Numbered from the stretch's first letter, positions 28,169 through 41,419 are shown. The stretch: DNA of 64,000 nucleotides from Candidatus Hydrogenedentota bacterium (GCA_963674865.2 CAXXYE010000009.1:1216001-1280000), one strand, 5' to 3'. Notes: a model not told the origin generated them from the sequence alone. Numbers and translations: made by a program.

Positions 28169-29218
28169 ATGACATCACGGGAGCGGGTGCTGCAAGCCGT
28201 GGACCACAAGAAGACGGACCGCACACCAGCGGATTACGGGGCGCTTCAGGAGGTGACGGGCCGCCTCATCCAACGGTTGGGCGTGGCCGACGAAGAGGAG
28301 CTTCTTCAGGCGCTGGGTGTAGACATCCGGCACATACCATGCAGTTATTACCACCCTGAGACGGGTCCTGACGCCGACGGGTACATGCGCACCATGTGGG
28401 GGGCCAAGCGCAAAAGCAACGAGCCGGGCGACGGCCGCACCGACTACATTTCTCCGTTTGATGAGGAAGCGACGGTTGAGGATGTGCATGCCCACCCATG
28501 GCCGGATCCTGACGCACTGGACTACTCCCAGGTTCGCGGCCTTTGTGAGCGTCATTTCGGCCGGTATGCGACCTGCGGGGCACCGTGGAGTCCGTTCTTC
28601 CACGAGGTGGGGTGGCTGATCGGCCAGGAGAATTTCTTCATCTGGATGGGCACAAAGCCTGACGTCATTCAAGCCATCATCGACCATATGGTGGACTACG
28701 AAGTGCGGGCGACGCGACGCTTTCTTGAGGCAGCCGACGGGATGATCGACATCACCTACTTCGGCAACGACTTCGGGACACAGCGGGGACTCTTCATCTC
28801 GCCCGAAATGTGGCATCGGTTCATGCGGAAGCCCTTGAAGCGGTTTTTTGACGTGTCTCACGAATATGGCTGCAAGGTTATGAAGCACTCGTGCGGCGCC
28901 ATCAGGGATATCATCCCCAGCCTCATTGAGGACGGCGTCGATATTCTGGATCCGGTCCAGGTGGGGGCAGCAGGGATGGGATTGAGCGGCCTTGTTCGCG
29001 ATTTTGGCGATCGGCTTAGCTTCCACGGAGGCGTTGATACGCAGACAACACTCCCACACGGTTCCACAGCGGATGTAAGAGCCGAAGTCCGCTCCTACAT
29101 CGAGCTGACTTTGCCGCGCGGCGGATATGTCCTTTGCGGGAGCCAGTCGTTTATTGAGGACATCCCCACGGACAATATCCTCGCGATGTACGATGAGAAT
29201 ATGAAGGCCAACCGATAG
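28169..29218 (+). CDS. UroD/MtaA family protein
   Basis: MTSRERVL, DRTP, NDFGTQRG, HSCGAI, LDPVQ, FHGGVDTQ. Confidence 0.9.
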   Translation: MTSRERVLQAVDHKKTDRTPADYGALQEVTGRLIQRLGVADEEELLQALGVDIRHIPCSYYHPETGPDADGYMRTMWGAKRKSNEPGDGRTDYISPFDEEATVEDVHAHPWPDPDALDYSQVRGLCERHFGRYATCGAPWSPFFHEVGWLIGQENFFIWMGTKPDVIQAIIDHMVDYEVRATRRFLEAADGMIDITYFGNDFGTQRGLFISPEMWHRFMRKPLKRFFDVSHEYGCKVMKHSCGAIRDIIPSLIEDGVDILDPVQVGAAGMGLSGLVRDFGDRLSFHGGVDTQTTLPHGSTADVRAEVRSYIELTLPRGGYVLCGSQSFIEDIPTDNILAMYDENMKANR

Positions 29219-29280
29219 GCAGTGTGCGGGAAGCGGCGAATAGGCGCCGCCATCCTGTGTCATTCAACCGGAGGATCGAA

Positions 29281-30588
29281 ATGCCGTCCATGACAACGCG
29301 TGAGGAGCGCCTCACCTGGTTCCGCGAGGCGAAGTTTGGGATGTTCGTTCATTGGGGCTGTTACTCCGTTCTTGGCCGCGGAGAACAGGTCATGGCGCGG
29401 GATCTGATCCCGCCGGCGGAGTATGACCTCTTGGCGGGGCAATTCCGCCCGGACGCGGATTGGGCGGAGAAGCTTGCGCAGGCGGCGGTGCAAGCGGGCG
29501 CGCGCTACATTGTCCTGACGACCCGCCATCACGACGGCTATTGTCTGTTTGACACCGCGACTCACGACTTCAACGCCGCAAAGACGGGCCCCGGCCGCGA
29601 CCTGGTGGCCGAATACGCAGCGGCGGCGCGGGCCGCCGGACTGAAGGTTGGCTTCTACTATTCGCTCTTGAACTGGCGGTGGCGGTGTCATTGGAGTCCG
29701 GAGGCCCACAAGAACGACCTACCGAACATGGTGGACGAGGTCCATGCGCAGGTACGTGAGTTGATGGCCAATTACGGTGCGGTGGATCTGCTCTGGTACG
29801 ACGGCGCAAGTCTGCCGGGCAGCGCATGTCACGGGATGTGGGGCGGGAAGGCACTTGAGCAGACCCCCGCGGAGTTCTGGCGTTCGCAAGAGCTTAATGC
29901 CATGGCCAGGGAGTTGCAGCCGGAGATCCTGATCAACAATCGCTCGGGCCTTCTGGAGGACTTCGGAACGCCGGAGCAGCGAGTTGTAGCCGAAGAAGCG
30001 CGGCCCTGGGAAGCGTGCATGACGCTGAATTACGCCCCAGGCTGGGGATACCTTAAGCACAGTCTGGCCAACAAGACTTCGGGGGAAGTGCTCTTCAACC
30101 TTGTGGACGCGGTCCGTCTAGGCGGCAACTTCCTCTTCAACGTCGGGCCGAAGCCGGACGGCCTCATCGATGGGCGCGAGACGCGTGTACTGGAGGAGGT
30201 CGGGCGATGGATGGATGTGCACGGCGAGGCCATCTACGGCACGAAGCCAGGGGGGCTTTACGACCTATCGCGGGGGCGTGTGCAAGGGCCCATGTTCCAA
30301 TACGGCATGTGGACCTGTAAGGGCAGCACGGCCTACTTCACGATTCTCTACTATCCAGGCTCCGAACTGATCGTGTCAAAGGTGCAGCCGGGGATAAAGT
30401 CTGCGACGTTGCTTACAACGGGCCAACGCCTCGAAGTGGTGCCCATGGCGAACAGCCGGACTTGTCTGCGCGGTCTTCCTGCCGCTCCACCGGACAATCT
30501 GCCACCGGTGATCAAGGTCGAGTTTGAGGGGCCGCCATGCGCGGTAACAACTCTCAGCGCCGAGTGGCTGGACGGGACATTCAGCTAG
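29281..30588 (+). CDS. Alpha-L-fucosidase (GH29), no signal peptide
   Basis: WFREAKFGMFVHWG, TTRHHDGYCLF, LLWYDG, INNR, WEACMT, NFLFNVGP. Confidence 0.92.
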   Translation: MPSMTTREERLTWFREAKFGMFVHWGCYSVLGRGEQVMARDLIPPAEYDLLAGQFRPDADWAEKLAQAAVQAGARYIVLTTRHHDGYCLFDTATHDFNAAKTGPGRDLVAEYAAAARAAGLKVGFYYSLLNWRWRCHWSPEAHKNDLPNMVDEVHAQVRELMANYGAVDLLWYDGASLPGSACHGMWGGKALEQTPAEFWRSQELNAMARELQPEILINNRSGLLEDFGTPEQRVVAEEARPWEACMTLNYAPGWGYLKHSLANKTSGEVLFNLVDAVRLGGNFLFNVGPKPDGLIDGRETRVLEEVGRWMDVHGEAIYGTKPGGLYDLSRGRVQGPMFQYGMWTCKGSTAYFTILYYPGSELIVSKVQPGIKSATLLTTGQRLEVVPMANSRTCLRGLPAAPPDNLPPVIKVEFEGPPCAVTTLSAEWLDGTFS

Positions 30589-30604
30589 GCAACCTGCGGG
30601 GCTC

Positions 30605-30633
30605 TTGACGCGTTTGCCTCTACCGTCTACAAT
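30605..30633 (+). promoter_or_regulatory. Sigma70-type promoter
   Basis: TTGACG-N17-TACAAT. Confidence 0.75.
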
Positions 30634-30701
30634 CGCGGCGGAGTTCCTAATAACAGGCGGGGATACGCGTCCCCGAATAAGGGCAGCAGAGGAGGGCCGC
30701 C

Positions 30702-31442
30702 ATGAGTCGTGTCAGTGCGCTGTCCATGGAAACAACTCTTGCTCTCCAAGACAAGGTGATGGAACGGGCCGCGGGGTGCGGCGTTCTCGAGGAAGCGGCG
30801 CAAGGATATATGTCGGTTATCTACGAGGCGCTCCGCGAGTCGGTGGTGTTGGCGAGGCTCTTTGCCACGATTCCCTACCGTGACCTGCCTGAGCCAAACA
30901 AGGAGTTTGTGACAACCCTCGCCTGCTCGGCCGGGATAGCCGACTTGATCGAGGATACAACGTTGGTACTATCGCTCCTGGGAAGCCGGGGAGACAAGCC
31001 CGAATGGAATGACCGGCGCCAATCCAAGGGACACGTAGGCATCCCGCTTGTGTCCTCAGATTTCATCAGCAGAATCCCGATGATGTCTCGACTGTTGAAG
31101 CAATTGGGCGCGGGGCTCGACTGGATTGACGTCAAGGACACGGCACTCGTCGCCAGGACTTTCGAGGATCTCGGCGGCGTGTTCTATGTGCGGGACGCCG
31201 CGTCCGAGCTGGATAGCGAGGGTCGGAAGATCATCGCCGCTCAAGATTTCGTTGATTCGGAAGGGGTCAAGACCGTGTTTGGTATCGGGGGATGTTACAT
31301 GGGTACGTCGATGTTCTTTAGCACCATCGTCTTCCTCCGCGAGGCTATCGACAAGGAGGTAGCGGAGCGGTTCATGCTCCAGGCTTACAAGTTCAAGACG
31401 GCCACACTCGACCTCGTCGACGAAGGTAAATTCTTCGCCTAG
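30702..31442 (+). CDS. Uncharacterised protein, possible GAF-like sensor
   Basis: GAGGAGG RBS; WNDRRQSKGH, IPMMSRLL, AQDFV...GVKTVFGIGG. Confidence 0.75.
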   Translation: MSRVSALSMETTLALQDKVMERAAGCGVLEEAAQGYMSVIYEALRESVVLARLFATIPYRDLPEPNKEFVTTLACSAGIADLIEDTTLVLSLLGSRGDKPEWNDRRQSKGHVGIPLVSSDFISRIPMMSRLLKQLGAGLDWIDVKDTALVARTFEDLGGVFYVRDAASELDSEGRKIIAAQDFVDSEGVKTVFGIGGCYMGTSMFFSTIVFLREAIDKEVAERFMLQAYKFKTATLDLVDEGKFFA

Positions 31443-31558
31443 TTCTTGAGGAAGAGGGCTCGCCCGCGCGGCCCGCGATACCTGACTCGGTAGATGTGTA
31501 GAGTCTCATGAGGCCCTGACGTAGCGTTCTGTGGTTCGCTGCACACGGGAGCAAGAAC

Positions 31559-34270
<2,712 letters not shown>

Positions 34271-34364
34271 GGGGGAAGGCTTCTGCTGCCCGCGGTGACA
34301 TACCGCTGCGGGCAGAGGGCCTGAGTGAAGCCGCCACGCCAAGATGTCCACCACGTAGGGAATG

Positions 34365-34640
34365 TCACCCGCCCTTGCCGTCTTTCGTAAGTCCGAGGAG
34401 TCGGCGAGCGAAGGCCTCGGAGAAGGGTTGGCCTGGTTCGTAGCCGCGAATCCACTCGCCGTCGATGAGGAGGTATGGCACCCCCTGCTTGCCGGTTGTC
34501 TCTTCGAGTTCCCGCGCGTAGGCGGGAGTCTTCTTGATATCGCGCACCTCGTAGGCGATGCCGTGAGCGTCCATGAACGCCTTGAGTTGTTGGCAGTCGC
34601 CGCACAACTCCGCTGAGTACACGATGATCGTCTTGCTCAT
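34365..34640 (-). CDS. Glutaredoxin/NrdH-like redoxin
   Basis: CGDC, GVP. Confidence 0.85.
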   Translation of the reverse strand: MSKTIIVYSAELCGDCQQLKAFMDAHGIAYEVRDIKKTPAYARELEETTGKQGVPYLLIDGEWIRGYEPGQPFSEAFARRLLGLTKDGKGG

Positions 34641-36058
34641 GACGTGTCCTTTCCAGAGATGGGCTCGTGGTTTCTATCCGGGGGCCGGGAGCCGGTGGCG
34701 GTCTGGGGGCGATTGCTTTCGTCAAGGCCCACCGTCACCCACAGAATACGTGCCAGTGTCCTCATCGGCAATGCCGGGCTGGCCAGTTGCGTCAAGGAGA
34801 TCTCAAGGGGAGCGCCGTCCCTCACCACCCAGAGACAGGCGGCGGCGCAGGCGAGGCCCGCGAGTCCGGAGATGAGGAAGCAAAGGCGGAAGCCCCAGAG
34901 GGACCAGTCGTTGATGAAGAGGCCGGCCAGAATGGGAGTTATTCCCAGGACAATCGAGGCGCCTACCTGCCACGTGTTTGTGTAGGCGACGCGCCCAGGC
35001 GACTTGACGTAGTTGAGCATGGCTCGATGAGCGGCCATCCAACAGGCTGCGCCGAAGACACCGGACAAGGCCACCAGGGGGGCGATGGCGTAACGCGTCC
35101 ATGGTGCGCCGGGCCAGAGCGTGAGGCAGGCGAGGGCCACAAGAGAGTGGGCCGTCAAGGTGAGGAACATGGCGCGCCCGCTCCCGCTGTGCTCGGCGAA
35201 GCGCGCCCAATACCGGATGGTGAGGAGGATCCCGGCGCTTAGGCCCGTCATGACCGCCATGACGGTGCGAGAGGGGAATCCGAGCGCATCGCGCATGTAG
35301 AGGACGAGGGATGATCCGAGCCAGGAGGTACAGGAGAAGCACAAGGCAGCGGTGGGGACGAAGACGAGAAAGGCGCGATCTCGAAAGACCGCCCGGTACG
35401 AGGCAACGACCGCCGCAGTCGGCTCGATGTCTTGCAGCGCCCGGCCGCCCGGGACGCGCGCCATGCGGACAAGGCTGAACAGGCCTGCGGCAATGCCGAT
35501 TCCGTAAACCAAGAGGAATCGGTTGGGGCCGGGATCCCCGCGCAGAATCAGCGCGAGGGTGAAGGTCACCGCAACGGTTACGAGGTGGATGGCCATCGTC
35601 TCGGCGCTGAAATAGACGCCCCGTTGATTCGGGCGCACAACCTCGTGGAGCCAGGGGAACCAGCCGCCGGCGCCCGTGGCTCTTGCCAGGCAGAAGCCGA
35701 GCGTTGCGGCGAGGAGGACGTACCACGCCGCACGCGGCCCCCAGCGCGCGGTGGCCCACGGCATGGTGAAGACTGAGCAGGCCACCAGGTTGCGAATCAG
35801 CCACGTGGTCAGCATGAGGCGCCTGGGGCCGAAGCGGTTTACGAGCGGCACCGTAAGGGCGACCAGCGTCATGGACAAGGGCATGAAGGACATGAGGAAG
35901 CCGACCCAGGAGGGTGGCATGCCGATCTCTCGGCCGAAAAGGACAAGTACGGAACCGGCTATGCATTGCCAAGAGACGACGTTGATCGCACTGAACAGCA
36001 GGAACTTGCGCGGCGCGCGATCCAGCTCGCGAAATGTCTCGAGAATGGGGATCTGCAA
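34637..36058 (-). CDS. MFS transporter
   Basis: About 12 TM helices, NRFGPRR loop motif; 4-nt overlap with the redoxin gene. Confidence 0.85.
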   Translation of the reverse strand: MQIPILETFRELDRAPRKFLLFSAINVVSWQCIAGSVLVLFGREIGMPPSWVGFLMSFMPLSMTLVALTVPLVNRFGPRRLMLTTWLIRNLVACSVFTMPWATARWGPRAAWYVLLAATLGFCLARATGAGGWFPWLHEVVRPNQRGVYFSAETMAIHLVTVAVTFTLALILRGDPGPNRFLLVYGIGIAAGLFSLVRMARVPGGRALQDIEPTAAVVASYRAVFRDRAFLVFVPTAALCFSCTSWLGSSLVLYMRDALGFPSRTVMAVMTGLSAGILLTIRYWARFAEHSGSGRAMFLTLTAHSLVALACLTLWPGAPWTRYAIAPLVALSGVFGAACWMAAHRAMLNYVKSPGRVAYTNTWQVGASIVLGITPILAGLFINDWSLWGFRLCFLISGLAGLACAAACLWVVRDGAPLEISLTQLASPALPMRTLARILWVTVGLDESNRPQTATGSRPPDRNHEPISGKDTS

Positions 36059-36114
36059 TGCGCGAAAACCTCGGTCTTCGGTGTTCAGGCAGGCCGCGCC
36101 AAACCTGAAGCCGG

Positions 36115-36146
36115 CATCCCTGCCCGGCTTGGGCCGGGCAGGGATG
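36115..36146. repeat. Perfect 14-bp stem-loop between the DapA-like and MFS genes
   Basis: CATCCCTGCCCGGC-ttgg-GCCGGGCAGGGATG. Confidence 0.6.
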
Positions 36147-36176
36147 GATAGAGTCGGCTCTTAAGCCCGCTATGCG

Positions 36177-37157
36177 CTAATACTTGGCCAATTCCGCTTC
36201 AAGAAGCGTCTTATAGGCTGTGTAGGTTTCATCGTTGAAGGGGACGCGGCTGCGGCCATACGGGTGATTCTTCATCCCGCGCGCCGTGGGCCCCACAGGG
36301 AACCCGCTCTCCGTAGCCATGCGTTTCATCACGCCGGCCGAGTACGGACACTTCGCAACGAGCAGATCCGTCGAGTCCTGGGCCTCGAGGACACCGTCGT
36401 GATCGCCCGCCTCAAAGCGGTGCAGGACGGCGTTGAGGATCTTGGGATAGAGGTTGCATCCCTGCCCGATAACGGCCCGCGAGCCCGCGTACAAGGTGGC
36501 ATAGTAGAGCATCTCCGCGCCGGTGATGACATGAAACTCCTTGCCTGCCGCGGCGCGAATCATGGTGTATATGTAGTAGCCGTCCTTGGTGGAGATCTTG
36601 ATGCCGAACAAATTGGGCAGGTCGGCCAGGCGGGCCAGCAGTTCGGGCGTTACCTGGACCTCCGTCGGGATCGGCGGCTGGTAGGCTACGACAGGGACGC
36701 TGACGGCTTGACAGACGGTTTCGAAATACCGCGAGTAGGCATCGTCCTTATCGACGCCATCGGGCGCAGCCAATGCCTCGGGAATCGTCAGGACAACGCC
36801 GTCCGCGCCGAGCCCCTCCGCGTATTGACTCAGCTCGACGGCCTGTTGGGTGTAAACCTCCGGGTCGGGCCGATGATCGGCGCTGCGGTCGCCGTCCCAA
36901 ATGCCCGAGCAATTCATGATGACGGGCGCCTTGCCGGTTAGGTGCTCGATGGCCGTCTTGGCCACGGCGCGCACGTCTTCGTACTCGTAGGTGTACATCT
37001 GGCCCATGCCGGCGCGGACGAAGTAGGTGTGAACCTCCCCCGACTGGAGCATGAAGTCGAAGAGATTTCGCTGGCCGTCCGGGTCGAAGCTCTCATCCTC
37101 GTTGAAACAGGTGTAACAAGGCGCGATATTGCCGTAAATGAACTCGGGCACTTTCAT
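36177..37157 (-). CDS. DapA/NAL-family class I aldolase or dehydratase
   Basis: GADGVVL, PVVAYQPP (Tyr), GIKIS (Schiff-base Lys). Confidence 0.85.
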   Translation of the reverse strand: MKVPEFIYGNIAPCYTCFNEDESFDPDGQRNLFDFMLQSGEVHTYFVRAGMGQMYTYEYEDVRAVAKTAIEHLTGKAPVIMNCSGIWDGDRSADHRPDPEVYTQQAVELSQYAEGLGADGVVLTIPEALAAPDGVDKDDAYSRYFETVCQAVSVPVVAYQPPIPTEVQVTPELLARLADLPNLFGIKISTKDGYYIYTMIRAAAGKEFHVITGAEMLYYATLYAGSRAVIGQGCNLYPKILNAVLHRFEAGDHDGVLEAQDSTDLLVAKCPYSAGVMKRMATESGFPVGPTARGMKNHPYGRSRVPFNDETYTAYKTLLEAELAKY

Positions 37158-37172
37158 CGAGATTTCCTTTCC

Positions 37173-38375
37173 TTATACTTTGCCGTCAAAGCGGCCGTAA
37201 CGTTGGATCGTCGCCATGGCGAGACGCATGCTTGTCAGGCGCGTACCGTTATTGATGGAGCCCGCCGTGGCCCAAGACAGGCCCCGCTTCTCGCGAGTCA
37301 TCTCGAAATCGCGGAGGAATTCGAGCACGATGTTTTCCTCCTCGTTTCGGCTGTACGTGAAGGGGGCAAGTGCCCCGCGGATGACGGCCCGGGGCAAGTG
37401 TCGTCGTATTTCATCGGGCATTACCGTAGGGCCGAAATTGCATGACGTCAAGTCGAGCTTCCCGAGTACCGGGAGCAAATGGCCCATTGGCGAGTCCGAA
37501 TGCTGATGGCGGCCGTCCTCGGGATCCGGCGAATAGCGTTCGAACATCCCCTTCAAGACGGGATAGCCGAACAGTTCGTACATGTCCGGCTTGAGGAGGC
37601 AGCAGTTGTCGTCCGCAAAGCCGAAGCCATGGGGGGCTGTTTCCGGCGTATAGCCGGCCTCTTCGTCCAACACGCGGCCGATCTCGAGCATGGTATCCAA
37701 GATAACTTGGCTGAAACGCGCGGCGAGATCCGGATTCGTCATGATGAGAAAGACAAGGTTCTCCGGGCCGTAGATGGACGCTGCGAAGGTGACAGGGCCG
37801 CGTTGGCCGCGGTACAGAGGCGACTTGATGCCGAGCGCCGTGAGGCGTTCCTTTTCCTGCTCCCAGTTTTCGGGGAGAATGAAGGCGCGTATGTCTTTGG
37901 CCTCGACGCGGTCGAGGAGGGCTTCCAACTCGTCCTCATCATGGGCCGACTGATGGAGCCACCAGGACTGGCCGTGCCACTCGTTCTTCGCCTCAAACAC
38001 ATCGTGGAGCTTCTTCGTTTCAGGATACTTGAGATTCGGGTCGGTGCGCTCCTCGCTAAGGATGCGACGCCCGACGATTTGCTCGGCCTTGTCGTTATAG
38101 GCCTTGGAAAGTTCGAGGCGCCAATCCCCATCGTGGCCAAAGCGCCAGTGATCTTCCTCGACGCCCAGTTCGTCGAAAACGCATTCTCCGTTCAGGATGG
38201 CCCCGAAATGCACCTGGGGGATGTCATCACCGAAGGGATCCTTCTTTGCCTCTTCGTGGTCGGCCCAGAAATGCTCGAGGTCCACAGGGGCGAGCCCACC
38301 GTTGGCGTGAGTGTCCCGTACCAATTCCTTGGCCATTTCAACGTGTTCCCGGCGATACGGTGTGTTTACAGACAT
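37173..38375 (-). CDS. Divergent UroD/MtaA family protein
   Basis: RGPVT, ADDNCCLL, HSDS, NFGP, IRGALAP. Confidence 0.75.
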   Translation of the reverse strand: MSVNTPYRREHVEMAKELVRDTHANGGLAPVDLEHFWADHEEAKKDPFGDDIPQVHFGAILNGECVFDELGVEEDHWRFGHDGDWRLELSKAYNDKAEQIVGRRILSEERTDPNLKYPETKKLHDVFEAKNEWHGQSWWLHQSAHDEDELEALLDRVEAKDIRAFILPENWEQEKERLTALGIKSPLYRGQRGPVTFAASIYGPENLVFLIMTNPDLAARFSQVILDTMLEIGRVLDEEAGYTPETAPHGFGFADDNCCLLKPDMYELFGYPVLKGMFERYSPDPEDGRHQHSDSPMGHLLPVLGKLDLTSCNFGPTVMPDEIRRHLPRAVIRGALAPFTYSRNEEENIVLEFLRDFEMTREKRGLSWATAGSINNGTRLTSMRLAMATIQRYGRFDGKV

Positions 38376-38641
38376 CAGTACAGCGCTGCTCCTTTAGTGA
38401 GTAAGATTCATAGAACCAACGAGGCGGGCGCCATTTCCATTTCCATGTGCCGCGGCGCCGAGACACGTGAAAACGGGACGGATTGCGTCAGGGAGTCTCC
38501 CAAGACAACCTCCATCGGCATAGGACTTTTCCCTTCATGGAGATGGTTTGTCAGCCAGGCGCCGCGAAACGCGATTATAGGCGCTTGTGTTGTGCCATAC
38601 AAAACATGGCCGCGCAATGGCTGAGAGGAGGCAGAAACTGC

Positions 38642-39658
38642 TCAGTCCGCGAATTTTCGGCGGACGAGGAGGTAGATGAAGAACGGCCCTCCGATGAGCG
38701 AGGTGACGATCCCGATGGGCGTCTCGCCCGGCAGCATCACCCGGGCCACGATGTCGCAGCAGCAGAGGAATCCCGCCCCCGCCAGGAGACTGAGCGGCAT
38801 CAGGATCCGGTGACGCGATCCGACAAATGTCCTTACCGCGTGGGGGGTGATGAGGCCGACGAATCCTATGGGCCCGACCTCGGAGACGATTACCGCCGTC
38901 ATCAGTGAGCCGACAACGAACGTGACGGCTTGGAGCCGCTTGACGTTGACGCCGCGTCCCGCCGCCAATTCCGCCCCGAAGCCAAGTTGATCAAACTTGG
39001 CGGCCTGCGCCAGCAGCACCACGGCGCACGGCGTCACGCTGAGCAAGAGCACGAGTACCGGATCGAATCCTATGACGTCCACGCCGCCCATGAGCCAGCG
39101 CTCCATGGTGACTAGGTGTTCCGGCCTGGCCAGATGCCGCATGAACATGATGCCTGAGCCGGCCAGCATGTTGAGCGTCACGCCGGCCAGCAGCAGCACC
39201 GTGGGCGATACGCGGGACTTGCGGACGGCGAGGCCGTAAATCAGCAAGACGTCCGCCACGGCGAATGCGAATGCGAACGCCTGCACGGTGCCGAAGCTGA
39301 GAAAGGTCACCGATGTCCCGAGCGCGAACACATGGGCCACGTACGCGCCGAGCGACCCCGCGCTTGCGACGCCGAGGGTGTAGGGCGTGGCCAATGGATT
39401 GCGCAGCAGGGCCTGGAAGGAACAGCCCGCGAGGGCGAGGCCGGCGCCGGCCAACAGGGCCGTCAACGTGCGCGGCATCCGCTGGTTGATGAACACGCTC
39501 AGTGTGGGTGCCTCGGGGAGCGGAATGCCCGCCCGCCATTCCCGCCAGGCCTGCGCCGCACTCAACGATTCAGAGCCTACCAGGACGCTGGCGACGACCG
39601 CGGCGAGGGCGAACGCGGCGAGGAGCCAACCTAGCCGGATGCGGAACGCGTCCCTCAT
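38642..39658 (-). CDS. FecCD/BtuC-family ABC permease
   Basis: RMPR, QALLRNPLATPYTLGV, GPIGFVGLITPH, PIGIVTSLIGGPFF. Confidence 0.92.
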   Translation of the reverse strand: MRDAFRIRLGWLLAAFALAAVVASVLVGSESLSAAQAWREWRAGIPLPEAPTLSVFINQRMPRTLTALLAGAGLALAGCSFQALLRNPLATPYTLGVASAGSLGAYVAHVFALGTSVTFLSFGTVQAFAFAFAVADVLLIYGLAVRKSRVSPTVLLLAGVTLNMLAGSGIMFMRHLARPEHLVTMERWLMGGVDVIGFDPVLVLLLSVTPCAVVLLAQAAKFDQLGFGAELAAGRGVNVKRLQAVTFVVGSLMTAVIVSEVGPIGFVGLITPHAVRTFVGSRHRILMPLSLLAGAGFLCCCDIVARVMLPGETPIGIVTSLIGGPFFIYLLVRRKFAD

Positions 39659-40455
39659 CGTGACCTCGCCTCCGGCACTTCCGCGCACACAAGCGGCGTG
39701 TGCGTGATGGGGTGATCCGCAACCTGGATGGGCGCCGCGTAGGCCGAGGACAGGAGCTTCTCCGTCAGGACGGCCTCAGGTGCGCCGGACGCCACGAGTC
39801 CTGTTCTCTCACCGAGTAGGAATAGGTTATCGCAGAATTGCGCGGCGTGGTTCAGGTCGTGCGTTACCACGCCGACGCCGTAGCCTTCCGCGGCGAGTTG
39901 CCGGAGGAGCACAAAGATGTGCACCTGGTGGTGAATGTCCAAGGCCGAGGTCGGCTCGTCGAGCAGGAGGAGTTCGGGCTCCTGCGCGAGGATACTTGCC
40001 AGGAGAACGCGCTGGCGCTCGCCGCCTGATAGCGTCGAGAAATCGCGATCCCGCAGGCCCTCTGTTTCTGTATCGCGCATGCAGCGGGCGGCGACCTCTT
40101 TGTCGTGTGGACGCAGGCCCGCCAAGGGCCCGGCCCGTGGATACCGGCCCAGGCAAACCACCTCGAAGGCAGACAATACGAACACGGGATCCACCGATTG
40201 GGGAAGGAATCCTACGACGCGGGCTCTCTCAATGCTGGACAGGCCGTCCAGCATCGCACCGTCGAGAAGCACACGCCCCGCGTGTGGCTTCAGCAGGCCG
40301 CAAAGAACGCGGAGCAGCGTGCTCTTGCCCGAGCCGTTCGGCCCGACGATTCCCGTGACGCCGCCGCTGGCTACGGCGGCGGACACATCGTGGAACACGT
40401 CCGCGCCTGACTCGTAAGCAAAGGCGACACCCTCGGCCTTGAGGCAGCGGCTCAT
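39655..40455 (-). CDS. FecE/BtuD-family ABC ATPase
   Basis: GPNGSGKST, LSGGERQR, LLDEPTSALD, HDLN. Confidence 0.92.
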   Translation of the reverse strand: MSRCLKAEGVAFAYESGADVFHDVSAAVASGGVTGIVGPNGSGKSTLLRVLCGLLKPHAGRVLLDGAMLDGLSSIERARVVGFLPQSVDPVFVLSAFEVVCLGRYPRAGPLAGLRPHDKEVAARCMRDTETEGLRDRDFSTLSGGERQRVLLASILAQEPELLLLDEPTSALDIHHQVHIFVLLRQLAAEGYGVGVVTHDLNHAAQFCDNLFLLGERTGLVASGAPEAVLTEKLLSSAYAAPIQVADHPITHTPLVCAEVPEARSR

Positions 40456-41381
40456 GGCTTCGGCGCGGCTCCCTCGGGATGGAGAAGGGCGGCGAGGAGG
40501 CGTGCAATCTCTGCCACTCGTGGGCCCGGGCGCATCGCGTGGGACTCGGTGATGAGATGGACGCGCCCGTTGCGGACGGCCGGTAAGGACGGGAGCTGCT
40601 CCCAATCCGCCACGTACCGCTTGGATTCGTCGTCGCTCAACTCCTCCCCGGCGTGGAATTCGAGGATAATGTCCGGGGCTCGAACAACCACGGTCTCTTT
40701 CGAGGCTTCGAGATAAGGCTGATCCGCGTCGCCATAGATGTTCTCGCCTCCCGCCACGGCGAGCAGCTCAGATAGAAAGGACGGGCCGCCAACGGTGTAC
40801 AAGGTGTTTAAGTTATGATCTTGCCGCGCCGTGATGAGGAGAACCTTTGGATGCGGGAGCCCCTTTACGCTTTCCCGCACGCTCTCCAGCTCGTTCTCAA
40901 TGCGGCTATTCAGCACCTCTGCTTCCGTGGGACATCCGAGGGCTTGTCCAATCGTCAGAACGCCTTCGTAGACGGTGTCGAGGCTGTCCATGTCCACGTG
41001 GGCGATGGGAATGCCATTCTTCTCGCAGAGCTCGGCCATCACCGAATGCTTGCCCTGAACGATGATCAACTCGGGATTGAGTAGGGTGATCTTCTCGAGG
41101 TCCGGATCGATGTGGCCTCCAACGTGCGGAAGCGCGGCAATGGCCGGCGGGTAGTCGCAGAAGGAGCTTACAGCGACCACGCGATCTCCCGCGCCAAGGG
41201 CGAAGACGGTTTCCGTGATGTTGGGCGCAAACGTGATAACGCCCTTACGCTGCAAGGAGCCTGCCTTGCCGGGATTGCACCCTGCCAGCAGATACGCCGA
41301 GATCAGCAATACCGCGACGGTTACGGCAAAGCAGGGCAGGGCTCCGCGAGTGCATTTTGCAGGATACGCCGGATGTGCCAT
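40452..41381 (-). CDS. BtuF-like substrate-binding lipoprotein (cobalamin/iron)
   Basis: Lipobox LAGC, APNITETVFALG, CDYPP, RPGPR. Confidence 0.88.
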   Translation of the reverse strand: MAHPAYPAKCTRGALPCFAVTVAVLLISAYLLAGCNPGKAGSLQRKGVITFAPNITETVFALGAGDRVVAVSSFCDYPPAIAALPHVGGHIDPDLEKITLLNPELIIVQGKHSVMAELCEKNGIPIAHVDMDSLDTVYEGVLTIGQALGCPTEAEVLNSRIENELESVRESVKGLPHPKVLLITARQDHNLNTLYTVGGPSFLSELLAVAGGENIYGDADQPYLEASKETVVVRAPDIILEFHAGEELSDDESKRYVADWEQLPSLPAVRNGRVHLITESHAMRPGPRVAEIARLLAALLHPEGAAPKP

Positions 41382-41419
41382 ATCCCCTTCTTCACGCTGG
41401 CGGCGTTTCATCTACACGG

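Noticed and set aside
38408..38617. 69-aa minus-strand ORF between the permease and UroD-like gene
   Set aside because: No RBS or motif; probably promoter region.
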